Assembly (NCBI GenBank): GCA_025455395.1
Contig: JALOMO010000022.1
Location: 1 to 58,478, forward strand
Direction: 5' to 3'
Length of the DNA: 58,478 nucleotides
Source: Bacteroidales bacterium
Lineage (GTDB): Bacteria > Bacteroidota > Bacteroidia > Bacteroidales > VadinHA17
A program made the translations under genes and the position numbers. Numbering within the stretch: position 1 is the stretch's first letter; every line of letters starts with the position of its first letter. Under the pieces are notes generated by a model. That model was not told where the DNA came from, searched no databases, and was given only the letters and a program-made list of their open reading frames with translations. Shown one piece after another: positions 28,042-37,576 of this stretch.

Positions 28042-28079
28042 TGCGGCTGGTCAGAGTAAGATCCTGATTTAATATCTGA

Positions 28080-28117
28080 AGAGGCTGCCGTCATATCTGA
28101 AGGCAGCCTCTTTTCTT
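28080..28117 (+). terminator. rho-independent terminator after susE/F-like gene
   Basis: 10-bp stem agaggctgcc/ggcagcctct with a 12-nt loop, followed by TTTTCTT. Confidence 0.65.
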
Positions 28118-28130
28118 AAAGAAATGAAAA

Positions 28131-29297
28131 ATGAAGAGTCTTGTACTATTCCTGGGGTTAATTATCATGGCTGGCTGCGGTGGCAGTGATGATGGGAAAA
28201 AGGATCCCGCAGACGGGAGATTCTATTATTCACATGAGAAGTTCTCAATGGGAGCCGATCTCTCATATGTTAACCAGATACTTGATTTCGGAGGCCTGTA
28301 CAGAGACTCAGGAAAGGTAACTGATCCATATATCATCTTCAGAAAATACGGTGCAAATACCGTTCGTTTCAGGCTCTGGCACAACCCTCAGTGGACACGC
28401 GAGGTCTATACCCCGCCGATCGCAAGCATGTATAATGACTATAACGATGTGAAGAGAGGCATACAGGCTGCAAAATCCCGGGGGATGGCAGTAAGTCTTG
28501 ACTTCCATTACTCCGACTTCTGGGCTGACCCAGGACGGCAGCAACTTCCGGCAGCCTGGGCAGGATTGTCACTGCAAATACTCCGTGACAGCATTTACAA
28601 TTACACCCTGAAAACACTCGATAACCTTGAGACAGCCGGCATCATGCCTGAATATGTCCAGGTGGGAAACGAGATCAATCCCGGCTTCCTTCTTCCCCAG
28701 GGCGACAGGTGGGCAAAAAAGGCCGACTTCGTCTACCTTCTGAATGGAGCTATAAAAGCTGTTAGGGATGCTGCTGTCTCATCATCAGTTAAGCCAAGGA
28801 TAATTGTTCATATCGCCCAACCTGAAAATGCAATATACTGGTTTGAAGGTATGGCAGCGGCCGGACTTACTGACTATGATATCGCAGGGATCTCATACTA
28901 TTATATCTGGTCAACGGTCAGCATTGACAGTGTGAGTGATTATGTCGCTGACATAAAAACACTTACAGGCAAAGAAGTGATGGTTGTCGAGACTGCATAT
29001 CCCTGGACACTCAACAATGCTGACAATTACAATAACATCCTGGCGACTGACAAGCTTACGGTCGCCTACCCGGCCAACCAGACAGGCCAGTACAACTACC
29101 TTGTCAAGCTTACCCAGGAGATCATTGACGGAGGAGGAATTGGGATACATTACTGGGAACCGGCCTGGATAACCTCTGAAATGAGGGACAGTTGGGGCAA
29201 GGGCTCATCATGGGACTGCAACACCCTCTTCGACTTTACAGGAAACGTGATCAGGGGAATGGACTACATGACATATCCTTATGTATTCAAGAAATAA
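28131..29297 (+). CDS. GH53 endo-beta-1,4-galactanase lipoprotein
   Basis: Lipobox MAG|C. GH53 signatures GADLSYVNQ, NTVRFRLWHNP, LDFHYSDFWADPGRQQLPAAW, VQVGNEIN, VVETAYPWT. Confidence 0.8.
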   Translation: MKSLVLFLGLIIMAGCGGSDDGKKDPADGRFYYSHEKFSMGADLSYVNQILDFGGLYRDSGKVTDPYIIFRKYGANTVRFRLWHNPQWTREVYTPPIASMYNDYNDVKRGIQAAKSRGMAVSLDFHYSDFWADPGRQQLPAAWAGLSLQILRDSIYNYTLKTLDNLETAGIMPEYVQVGNEINPGFLLPQGDRWAKKADFVYLLNGAIKAVRDAAVSSSVKPRIIVHIAQPENAIYWFEGMAAAGLTDYDIAGISYYYIWSTVSIDSVSDYVADIKTLTGKEVMVVETAYPWTLNNADNYNNILATDKLTVAYPANQTGQYNYLVKLTQEIIDGGGIGIHYWEPAWITSEMRDSWGKGSSWDCNTLFDFTGNVIRGMDYMTYPYVFKK

Positions 29298-29316
29298 GAA
29301 ACCTGATTGGATAATA

Positions 29317-29372
29317 TTTCCCCTCCTTAGTAAGGAGGGGTGTCCGCCAGCTGGCGGACGGGGTGGTCTGTC
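29317..29372 (-). repeat. double-hairpin core element (reverse orientation)
   Basis: The reverse complement reads gacagaccaccccgtccgccagctggcggacacccctccttactaaggaggggaaa. Confidence 0.9.
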
Positions 29373-29396
29373 TGTATCATTAAGTAACTTTAAACT

Positions 29397-32207
29397 ATGA
29401 AATCAACCTTTACAATATTCATTCTCCTCCTTTCTGGATCCCTGTTATCACTTGACGCCCAGGTCATAACCGTCAACCCTGCCTTCCCCACTGCTGCGAG
29501 CTCTGTTGTTGTGACCTTTAATGCTGACCAGGGCAATGCCGGTCTGAAGGATTACACAGGAGATGTCTATGCTCACACAGGTGTCATCACTGACAAGAGC
29601 ACCAGCCCGTCGGACTGGAAGTATGTGCTGTCTCCGTGGACCGTGAATATTCCGGAAGCTAAGTTGACGCGTGTGTCAGCCAACGTATATACTCTTACCA
29701 TCTCACCTTCCATACGCGAGTTCTACGATGTGCCGTTAACCGATACCATCAAGAAGCTTGCGTTCGTCTTCAGGAATGAGAACGGTACGAAAGAGGGAAA
29801 GACAGCAACCGGCGGTGACATCTTCTATGATGTGCAGAAGACGCCAGTCTTTGAGGTGAGGCTGATACAGCCCGGAGCCTACTCTACAGTAGTTAGTGAA
29901 GGAGCAGTGTTAACCATCGAGGCTTCAATGTCCATGGGAGACTCATTAGTGCTGTGGAACAACAACGAGCGTCTGAAGAAGGTGACGACGCTTACTGCAA
30001 CCCACACTCTTACTGCCTCAGGCAGCGGCCTCTTCAAGATAACTGCCAGGGCATACAAGGACCTGGTGAAGAAGGAGGACTCTGCCTTCTATTATATCCA
30101 GCCACCAGTAGTAATAGCTGATCCTCCGGCCGATATGAAGGCCGGGGTGAATATTACCGGTGACAACAGTGCCCTCTTCATGCTATATGCCCCGGGTAAA
30201 AATAATGTCTTCGTTCTCGGTGATTTCAACGGCTGGGTCTTCCGCGACGAAGGTTATATGAAGAAGAGCAGTGATGGCAAGTGGTTCTGGGCTGAAATAA
30301 CAGGGCTCGATCCCTCGAAGGAATACGGATTTCAGTATGTGATAGATGGTACGATAAGGATACCTGACCCCTATACCACAAAGGTACTCGATCCCTGGAA
30401 TGACAAATACATCACCTCAGCAACATATCCCAATCTCAAGGCTTATCCTGAGGGACTGGCAGAGGGTCTTGTCTCGGTCTTCCGCACACGCCCGCCACAG
30501 TATACATGGAAGAACAACTCATTTACCTCACCTTCGAAAGAGGACCTGATCATCTATGAGCTACATGTGCGCGATTTTGTTGCTGCCCATGACTTTAAAA
30601 CAATACGTGACTCTCTTGCATACTTCACCCGGCTTGGCATTAACGCCATTGAGTTCATGCCTGTCAACGAGTTCGATGGCAACAGCAGCTGGGGATATAA
30701 CCCCGCCATGTATTTCGCTGTTGACAAGTATTACGGTACCGCAGACAGTTTTAAGCAGCTCATCGACTCATGCCACAGCAGGGGCATTGCAGTTATCATG
30801 GATATCGTGCTTAACCATGCCTATGGCAACAACCCTCTTGTGAAGATGTACTGGAACAACACTGACAACAAACCCTCCGCTGATAATCCCTGGTTCAATA
30901 TCAGTTCTCCCAATCCCACCTATTCATGGGGATATGACTTTAACCATGAGAGTCCGGCCACACAGGCCTTCGTTGACAGCGTATGTCATTACTGGATAAG
31001 TGAGTTTAAGGTCGACGGTTTCAGGTTTGACTTTACAAAGGGTTTTACCAATACACCCGGCGAAGGCTGGGGACCTGACCCGTCGCGTATAAACATACTC
31101 AAGCGCATGGGTAACAAGATATGGTCTTACAAGCCTGATGCCCACCTGATCCTCGAGCACTTCTCAGAGAATTCCGAGGAGGCAAACCTGGCAGCCAGCG
31201 GCTTTTTGCTATGGGGTGACGCCAAGCGTCAGTATCTTGAGGCTGCCATGGGATTTGACTCTGACCTTTCGGAGGCATCATATGTTGAGCTGGGCTGGAG
31301 CCAGCCCGGCCTGGTAACCTATATGGAGAGCCATGACGAGGAACGGATGATGTACAAGAATGTCAACTTTGGCAATGTGGCGCCGGGAGGGTATGATGTG
31401 AAGTATTTCACCACAGCCCTGAAGAGAACAAAGCTGGCTGCAGCATTCTTCTTCACTATTCCCGGGCCGAAGATGATATGGCAGTTTGAGGAGCTTGGTT
31501 ACGACTATTCCATTGATCATAACGGAAGACTGGGTGAAAAACCAATAAAATGGGATTACTACAATGTTCCGGAGAGAAGGAATGTCTATAACAACTTTGC
31601 AGCTCTTGCAGATCTTAAAAAGAAATATGAGGTCTTTTCATCGAACGACTTCACCCTGTTTGAGACAGGCAGGGTCAAGAGGCTGAATGTCAAGCATACT
31701 GATATGGACGTTGTGGTTGCAGGCAACTTTGATGTCATCAACGGCAGCGTGAACGGCAACTTCACCAGGGATGGCAAATGGTATGAGTTCTTCTCAGGTG
31801 ACTCGGTTGAGATAACCTCATCGAACAGGCACCTGCTATTGAACCTGTTGCCGGGCGAATACAGGCTTTATACCTCGAAGCGTATTACCAGGCCATCGTT
31901 CCTGCTTGGTGTTGAAGATACTGAGAGCGAGGAGGAGACAGGCAGGTTACTGTTTGATATTTACCCGAATCCCTTTACCGACGAGACGGTGATTCGCTTC
32001 ACCGGTGACGATCAATACCAGCCGCACACTGTTGAGATCTACTCTTCATCTGGCTCGCTGGTCCGTGTCATGATGATACCTGCGGGTATCAGTGAGACCC
32101 GTTGGGATGGCAGCGGTTCGGGTGGTAGTGAAGTGCCCTCCGGCATCTACTATGTCAGGGTAAGGTCAGGACAGCTCAGTTCAGTAAGAAAAGTAATCCT
32201 ACTCTGA
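29397..32207 (+). CDS. GH13 alpha-glucan hydrolase (CBM48-type N-module) with T9SS C-terminal sorting domain
   Basis: GH13 regions DIVLNHA, DGFRFDFTKG, LILEHF, YMESHDE. IIYELHVRDF pullulanase/branching-type motif. C-terminal FDIYPNPFTDETVIRF...GIYYVRV...KVILL. Confidence 0.85.
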   Translation: MKSTFTIFILLLSGSLLSLDAQVITVNPAFPTAASSVVVTFNADQGNAGLKDYTGDVYAHTGVITDKSTSPSDWKYVLSPWTVNIPEAKLTRVSANVYTLTISPSIREFYDVPLTDTIKKLAFVFRNENGTKEGKTATGGDIFYDVQKTPVFEVRLIQPGAYSTVVSEGAVLTIEASMSMGDSLVLWNNNERLKKVTTLTATHTLTASGSGLFKITARAYKDLVKKEDSAFYYIQPPVVIADPPADMKAGVNITGDNSALFMLYAPGKNNVFVLGDFNGWVFRDEGYMKKSSDGKWFWAEITGLDPSKEYGFQYVIDGTIRIPDPYTTKVLDPWNDKYITSATYPNLKAYPEGLAEGLVSVFRTRPPQYTWKNNSFTSPSKEDLIIYELHVRDFVAAHDFKTIRDSLAYFTRLGINAIEFMPVNEFDGNSSWGYNPAMYFAVDKYYGTADSFKQLIDSCHSRGIAVIMDIVLNHAYGNNPLVKMYWNNTDNKPSADNPWFNISSPNPTYSWGYDFNHESPATQAFVDSVCHYWISEFKVDGFRFDFTKGFTNTPGEGWGPDPSRINILKRMGNKIWSYKPDAHLILEHFSENSEEANLAASGFLLWGDAKRQYLEAAMGFDSDLSEASYVELGWSQPGLVTYMESHDEERMMYKNVNFGNVAPGGYDVKYFTTALKRTKLAAAFFFTIPGPKMIWQFEELGYDYSIDHNGRLGEKPIKWDYYNVPERRNVYNNFAALADLKKKYEVFSSNDFTLFETGRVKRLNVKHTDMDVVVAGNFDVINGSVNGNFTRDGKWYEFFSGDSVEITSSNRHLLLNLLPGEYRLYTSKRITRPSFLLGVEDTESEEETGRLLFDIYPNPFTDETVIRFTGDDQYQPHTVEIYSSSGSLVRVMMIPAGISETRWDGSGSGGSEVPSGIYYVRVRSGQLSSVRKVILL

Positions 32208-32270
32208 TATGTATAACTGATGAGTAAAGCAGGCTTTGTAATGTCTTAGTTTAAAGTATTATGACTCTTT

Positions 32271-34181
32271 TCAGAGCTTCTTTATTACTGCTTTTGCCAT
32301 ATCTGATGACGCCACCTGATTATAATAGTTAACCAATTCAGGATATTCGGAAGGATTAAAAGTTCCTTTGTTAGTACTTTGCTGTCTGATATAGATAAGT
32401 TTATCGTCTATAATTTCAACGGAAGTACGGTACTGTCCAAATGGAGACTCAATACTCACCGGATTTGTCGATGATAGTACATAATAACCCTGAGGAATTC
32501 TGAAGATAATTGTGTCAATTTGAGTTGTTTCCCGTCGTAACAAGATTTCTGAAACTCTGGTTTCACTGCTTACGGGGATTCTGGATGACCTATTCATGAG
32601 GTTCAAAGGAAGAATTATCCTGTCGCTTAAGACTGAGGCATAACCTTTAAGACTTAATTCAAGAGTCTCAATTATAACTGGATGGGATTTATCCGGTTGA
32701 TTGATTGTAAATTTCTCCAGTGTATTTCCCGGTATTGAAACTGATTCCGAGACCCATCTCTTCTGATCTTCTAAATCACTTAAAAATACCGGCATCATTC
32801 TGTCATAAAAGAAGGATGAATATTTTGTTATAACTGAAGCTTTTCCATTTCCGGAGGCGTCAATTGTTACGGACGCTTTTCTTGTTATGCAGTTTTCTTC
32901 GGCTTTGTATCTTGAGGTTCTGGCAATGATACCACCCTCTTCAGTTATCAGCAAGGCATCCCGGTCATCAGTAAACGAACCCAGGTAGTCAAACGGGATT
33001 CTTTGACTTGTACATTCAAGCCATATGGTATCGGGTTTCCGTGGGACACAAATGATAGCATGATTAAACTGATTTGAGGGGAATGATCTGAGCAATTGTG
33101 GGGCTTCAGCACCGGCATTGATCAGGGTGTAATATGACCTGATCCCAACAACATCAAGCATTGCTTTCATATAGTTAGAAAGAGCCTTACAATCACCGTA
33201 TGATGTCTCATCAACCTTTTTAGCTTCAATAGGTTGCCATCCTCCTATGCCTATCTGCACACTTACATATCGTGTTTTTTCCTGTAATAAGGAATAGATT
33301 GTTCTTATAATTTCAACTGTATCCTGATTTTCAGAGGCAATTTCTCTGATCCTTGCTATCATATTATCAGGAAGAGTATTTCTTCCGGTGTTAAGATCCG
33401 CAATGAACCTTCCGTAATCCTGCCAGGTAAATGAGCTTCCCTTCCATCCAGCAATTTCAAAATTGCCAGGAGCTAGAAAAACCGCAGGGGTCATTCGTTC
33501 AAGATCTGGAAAGAAGGGCTCCTTTTCCAGAGCATTAAAATTCTCAATTTTCCAGTCGAAGAGTACCTTTCCGTTTTCAGTCTTTTTTACTACTCCTACC
33601 GGTAAGTTCTGCTCAAAAAATCTCAGATTGTAATCAGCCGGTGCAATTACATTCAGCACCGCCTTTTCGGTGCTTATATTATAGTCTTCCGCAATTATCC
33701 AGGCGGGCAGAGAAAAGTAGCCTTTCAAATCAATTGAGTAGGTGATTTCTGCTGTAAAGGGATAAGTTCTGTAGTCAGGGTCAAGTGTTCTGAAGATCAC
33801 ATCACTGTAGAGTGTACTTCCGGAGAAGGTGACTACAGGTAATAGATCCATTGTCCCGAAACTCTTGACTTTTTCTCCGTCCTTATTAAAAATTACCAAG
33901 TTGGTGAAGTGGTAGTTTGTGAATTTATCATTCACCCCAAAATATACCGATTCCCATCTTCCTGTTTCATTCAAAATTGTGACAGCTTTCTTCACCCGGA
34001 GCGTAGCTGAGGATCGAGAGTTAATCATAAGGTTATGCTCCAACAACCTTATTACTGCTTTAGAATTTTTAGTGTTTTCCGGGTCTATAAGTGAGACGTT
34101 ATATTGCGATTGGGCTGATAGAGTAAGGCGGAAAAGTAAACAGACAACAATGGCGGCAAGAGAAATGCGGACAGTTTTCAT
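32271..34181 (-). CDS. DUF3857/transglutaminase-like domain protein (Cys-His core retained)
   Basis: Signal peptide. YGDCKALSNYMKAMLDVVGI (Cys) and FNHAIICVP (His) resemble a transglutaminase-like cysteine protease core flanked by large beta-rich domains. Confidence 0.6.
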   Translation of the reverse strand: MKTVRISLAAIVVCLLFRLTLSAQSQYNVSLIDPENTKNSKAVIRLLEHNLMINSRSSATLRVKKAVTILNETGRWESVYFGVNDKFTNYHFTNLVIFNKDGEKVKSFGTMDLLPVVTFSGSTLYSDVIFRTLDPDYRTYPFTAEITYSIDLKGYFSLPAWIIAEDYNISTEKAVLNVIAPADYNLRFFEQNLPVGVVKKTENGKVLFDWKIENFNALEKEPFFPDLERMTPAVFLAPGNFEIAGWKGSSFTWQDYGRFIADLNTGRNTLPDNMIARIREIASENQDTVEIIRTIYSLLQEKTRYVSVQIGIGGWQPIEAKKVDETSYGDCKALSNYMKAMLDVVGIRSYYTLINAGAEAPQLLRSFPSNQFNHAIICVPRKPDTIWLECTSQRIPFDYLGSFTDDRDALLITEEGGIIARTSRYKAEENCITRKASVTIDASGNGKASVITKYSSFFYDRMMPVFLSDLEDQKRWVSESVSIPGNTLEKFTINQPDKSHPVIIETLELSLKGYASVLSDRIILPLNLMNRSSRIPVSSETRVSEILLRRETTQIDTIIFRIPQGYYVLSSTNPVSIESPFGQYRTSVEIIDDKLIYIRQQSTNKGTFNPSEYPELVNYYNQVASSDMAKAVIKKL

Positions 34182-36040
34182 TTGGATATTATTATTATGG
34201 GCTCTGAGTGTATAACAACAATCTGATTATAAACCTCCCTCATTTCATTATACTGCTCCTGAAATACCATCAGGCTATTGATGCTGAACCTGTAATCTAT
34301 CTCCACTGCATCTTCAGTTTTATTTGTGTTATAACTAAATACTATTGAACTGTTTTTTGTCCTTCCGTTTTTTGATTTTGGAATTGTATTAATCAACTGG
34401 CCTTCACCAGGAGTGATTCTTACCTTAATGCTATGTTGCTTTTTTCTCGGGTAGCTGACCGGGTATTTTCTTTCAGTGCCCGGAAAAGGATTTTCCTTTA
34501 AAGCCTCAAATAATAGGGGAGTGAGATATACTTCGTCATTAATCTGAAAGGCAGCATCATCTATTCTTACTGTAAGTTCCATCTTCAATGGTGCATATAA
34601 ATCCTCAACTCCCTCCATAGATATTGCAGAGATAGTCATGCCGGGCTTTTCTTTTTCTAAATGTCTGGCATACTCTTCCTTACTGTTGAAATGAGAGAGA
34701 GACTTTCTAATATCATAAGCTGCATAGTCTTTTGCATCTATGGTTATTTTTCCTGACAGTGAGAGGTCTTTATTGAGAATCATGTCATAAGTTATTGTCT
34801 TTTCATCCTTTGCCTCAGAAACCAGTGGTACCCACATGGAATTGGTCATTTTCACCAGCCTGCCCTCTCCGTTTATGCATCTTTCAGGAAGCAGAGTGCA
34901 CGGCATTAGTTCTTCAGTAGCATCAAGCAGCCGAAAACCTTTTTCTGTTGAAAGGGCAACAATGACATAGTTCAGTTTATACAGGGAAGGTTCAAATGGT
35001 GAAATCATACCATTATCTCTTGTACTCAGTACAACAGGATAGGCTTTGAATCCGAGCCGGTTTAATACCTGATTCAATGAAAGGTTAACTTCAGCTGAAT
35101 TACCGGAACCCAGTTTAAATTTACTGCATAATCCTTCAGGGGAAACATATAGCCTGTTCTCTCCGTTATATTTTATTTTCTTAACTTTTTCGAATGCAGC
35201 ACAGAGAAGTTCATCTCCAGTTAACCCTGAATCCCGGAGATCATTAACGAGCTGAGTAAGACAAAGGGAATTAGTTGTTTCCGCAGGAAAAGAGCTGTTG
35301 ACAAGAAGATTGGCACTTATTTCATCCCATGATGTTGTTAATGATCGGAAATAACCCGGGAAAGTGATACGCTTTATATCTATTTCAAATCTTGCTAAAT
35401 AATTATCTGGCGAATCTATAAATGGTTCAGGTTTAAAAGCAGGAACATTAACTGCAACCCATCTGTTAGATTCATTTACATCAAGCGGGATATAACCAAA
35501 ATAGTTTTTTGAATACTCGAAGTATTGGGAATCTTTCAGGATCAGTTCACTGTGACGCACCGGGATCATCCATTGAAACTCCCAGAGATACGGAAGACCT
35601 GGGTAAATAAATTCAATATCAATGACTGAGCCAGCCTTTACATTTGGCATTGCGAATGAAGTCTCATAATAATCAGAGGATATCTTTTTTGAATATACTT
35701 CAGAAGCTTCCAGTTTCTGTTTAATTATCTCATCGCCTTCAAGATTTATGGTTATCGCCCTGATAGTCGGATCAGACATCGTGAGATATTTTCTGTCGGC
35801 ATATTTAAATCCTTCTTTCCTGAGAATTTTAATTCTCAGCAATCGTGTGAACTTAAAAGAGCTATTGTCAAACCAGCCATAATCACAAAGTACAAGGGCC
35901 GGAGCTGTAGAATCGAGGTCGTACGAAGTCATCTGTAAATCTGCTGCTGGCACTTTTCCAAATACAACAGGGGCTTTCTGGGCAGATACCTGATGAAAAA
36001 GAATCAATAATAGGGCTGATACAGAAATATACGTTTTCAT
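34178..36040 (-). CDS. DUF3857/DUF3858-like protein, paralog with substituted catalytic positions
   Basis: MKTYISVSALLLILFHQVSAQ signal peptide (ATG 36040). Region SGNSAEVNLSLNQVLNRLGFKAYPVVLSTRDNG aligns to the Cys region of the neighbour but has no Cys. 4-nt ATGA overlap with the downstream paralog. Confidence 0.55.
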   Translation of the reverse strand: MKTYISVSALLLILFHQVSAQKAPVVFGKVPAADLQMTSYDLDSTAPALVLCDYGWFDNSSFKFTRLLRIKILRKEGFKYADRKYLTMSDPTIRAITINLEGDEIIKQKLEASEVYSKKISSDYYETSFAMPNVKAGSVIDIEFIYPGLPYLWEFQWMIPVRHSELILKDSQYFEYSKNYFGYIPLDVNESNRWVAVNVPAFKPEPFIDSPDNYLARFEIDIKRITFPGYFRSLTTSWDEISANLLVNSSFPAETTNSLCLTQLVNDLRDSGLTGDELLCAAFEKVKKIKYNGENRLYVSPEGLCSKFKLGSGNSAEVNLSLNQVLNRLGFKAYPVVLSTRDNGMISPFEPSLYKLNYVIVALSTEKGFRLLDATEELMPCTLLPERCINGEGRLVKMTNSMWVPLVSEAKDEKTITYDMILNKDLSLSGKITIDAKDYAAYDIRKSLSHFNSKEEYARHLEKEKPGMTISAISMEGVEDLYAPLKMELTVRIDDAAFQINDEVYLTPLLFEALKENPFPGTERKYPVSYPRKKQHSIKVRITPGEGQLINTIPKSKNGRTKNSSIVFSYNTNKTEDAVEIDYRFSINSLMVFQEQYNEMREVYNQIVVIHSEPIIIISK

Positions 36041-36135
36041 GATTGTAGCATTAAACATTTGGCAAATAAGAAATTATCAGATACAGTATCGCTAATTTAT
36101 GCAAGAAAAACAGAATATAAAAAGGTTTTCCTGAT

Positions 36136-36170
36136 AAAAAAAGCCCGCAGGTTGATCACCTGACGGGCTT
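36136..36170 (-). terminator. rho-independent terminator ending the maltose operon
   Basis: Minus strand reads agcccgtcaggtgatcaacctgcgggct followed by 7 T. Begins 26 nt past the GH13 stop. Confidence 0.7.
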
Positions 36171-36195
36171 CACATTGTTTCCTTACTGGTATACT

Positions 36196-37575
36196 CTACT
36201 TTGTCATCACCATATACCCCCATGCCTCCAGCGGCAGGGCTGCACCCTGGGCTACCTCCACAGAAGCACCTGTAAAAAGGTCGGTGTATGTGCCGGCAAC
36301 AAGACCATCCTTCAGCATGACGCTTATCTGCTTTTTGCTGAAGTTGAGGAAAACAAGTACCTCCTCATCACCCTTTACCCTCCTGTATACATATGCATTC
36401 TTCTGGTTCGTCTTCAGCACATCAAAGCTGCCACCTTCAACGCCATGCCTGAGGGCAGGATGGCTTGTGCGCAGATGCACCAGCTTGGTATAGAACTCAC
36501 GCAGTTCCGTCTCCTTCCACTCTATCGGGTCACGTTTGAAGAACTCAAGCCTCTTGTCAAGGTCTGCCTCCTGACCGTTATAGAGCAGCGGCACACCGGG
36601 GATGGTAAATATGTATGCGGCAAACGCCTTTTGTGCATCACCAAGCTTCTCATCGATGGTTCCGTTCCATGAGTTTTCGTCGTGGTTGGTAAGGAACCTC
36701 AACCTGTATGAGTCAGGAGCATAATATTTAAGCTCATGCTGAACCATTGAGTCAAGTGCCGCAGGCTGCCGTTTGCCTCCAGCCACAGCATTCATAAGAT
36801 GATGATGAGCCCATGCGTAGTTCATGTCGAAAGCACGATCGAGGAGGTATGAGTGTGCCTCATCCTCTGCCAGCATAAGCACCGGTTTGATTGCATTCAG
36901 CTCAGTGGTTGCCCTGAACCAGAACTCCTCGGGAACGAGACCGGGGAAGTCACAACGGTAACCGTCAACCCCAACCTCGGCAACCCAGAATTTCATGGCT
37001 CCCACCATGTAGTCCCACAGAGGCATTGCGGTGTAGTCCATCTGGATCACATCGGTCCAGTCAAACCCGTGAGGAGGAACGAACGACCCGGTTGAGTCTT
37101 TCTCAAACCATTCCGGAAATTCGGCCGCTATATGGTTATCCCATGACGAATGGTTTCCCACCCAGTCGAGTATAACATGAAAGCCCATCTCATGAGCCCT
37201 GGCAACAAGAGCCTTAAACTCATCCATCGTTCCGAACTCAGGGTTGACATCCATGTAGTCTCTGATTGAGTAATAGCTGCCCAGTTCCCCTTTGCGGTTC
37301 TTCTCGCCGATAGGGTATATTGGCATGAACCACAGAACATTGACCCCCAGCTCTTTCAGCTGTGGCAGTGCCTTGTCTACACCTGCGAAGGTGCCCTCCT
37401 CAGAGAACTGTCTGACGTTGATCTCATAGAGAACCATGTTGCGCGTCCAGTCAGCATGTTTCACCACTGAGGTCAGCGGCTCAACAGCCTTTGTCTCCTT
37501 TGGACGGCATGAAACCAGGGCAGCAGTTATCCCTGCTGCCAGAAGGAGGATCATTAAGAAATGCTCTTTCATCAT
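36196..37575 (-). CDS. GH13 alpha-amylase lipoprotein
   Basis: Lipobox LVS|C. GH13 regions VILDWVGNHSS, VDGYRCDFPG, LMLAEDE, FLTNHDEN. Confidence 0.85.
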   Translation of the reverse strand: MMKEHFLMILLLAAGITAALVSCRPKETKAVEPLTSVVKHADWTRNMVLYEINVRQFSEEGTFAGVDKALPQLKELGVNVLWFMPIYPIGEKNRKGELGSYYSIRDYMDVNPEFGTMDEFKALVARAHEMGFHVILDWVGNHSSWDNHIAAEFPEWFEKDSTGSFVPPHGFDWTDVIQMDYTAMPLWDYMVGAMKFWVAEVGVDGYRCDFPGLVPEEFWFRATTELNAIKPVLMLAEDEAHSYLLDRAFDMNYAWAHHHLMNAVAGGKRQPAALDSMVQHELKYYAPDSYRLRFLTNHDENSWNGTIDEKLGDAQKAFAAYIFTIPGVPLLYNGQEADLDKRLEFFKRDPIEWKETELREFYTKLVHLRTSHPALRHGVEGGSFDVLKTNQKNAYVYRRVKGDEEVLVFLNFSKKQISVMLKDGLVAGTYTDLFTGASVEVAQGAALPLEAWGYMVMTK

Positions 37576-37576
37576 T

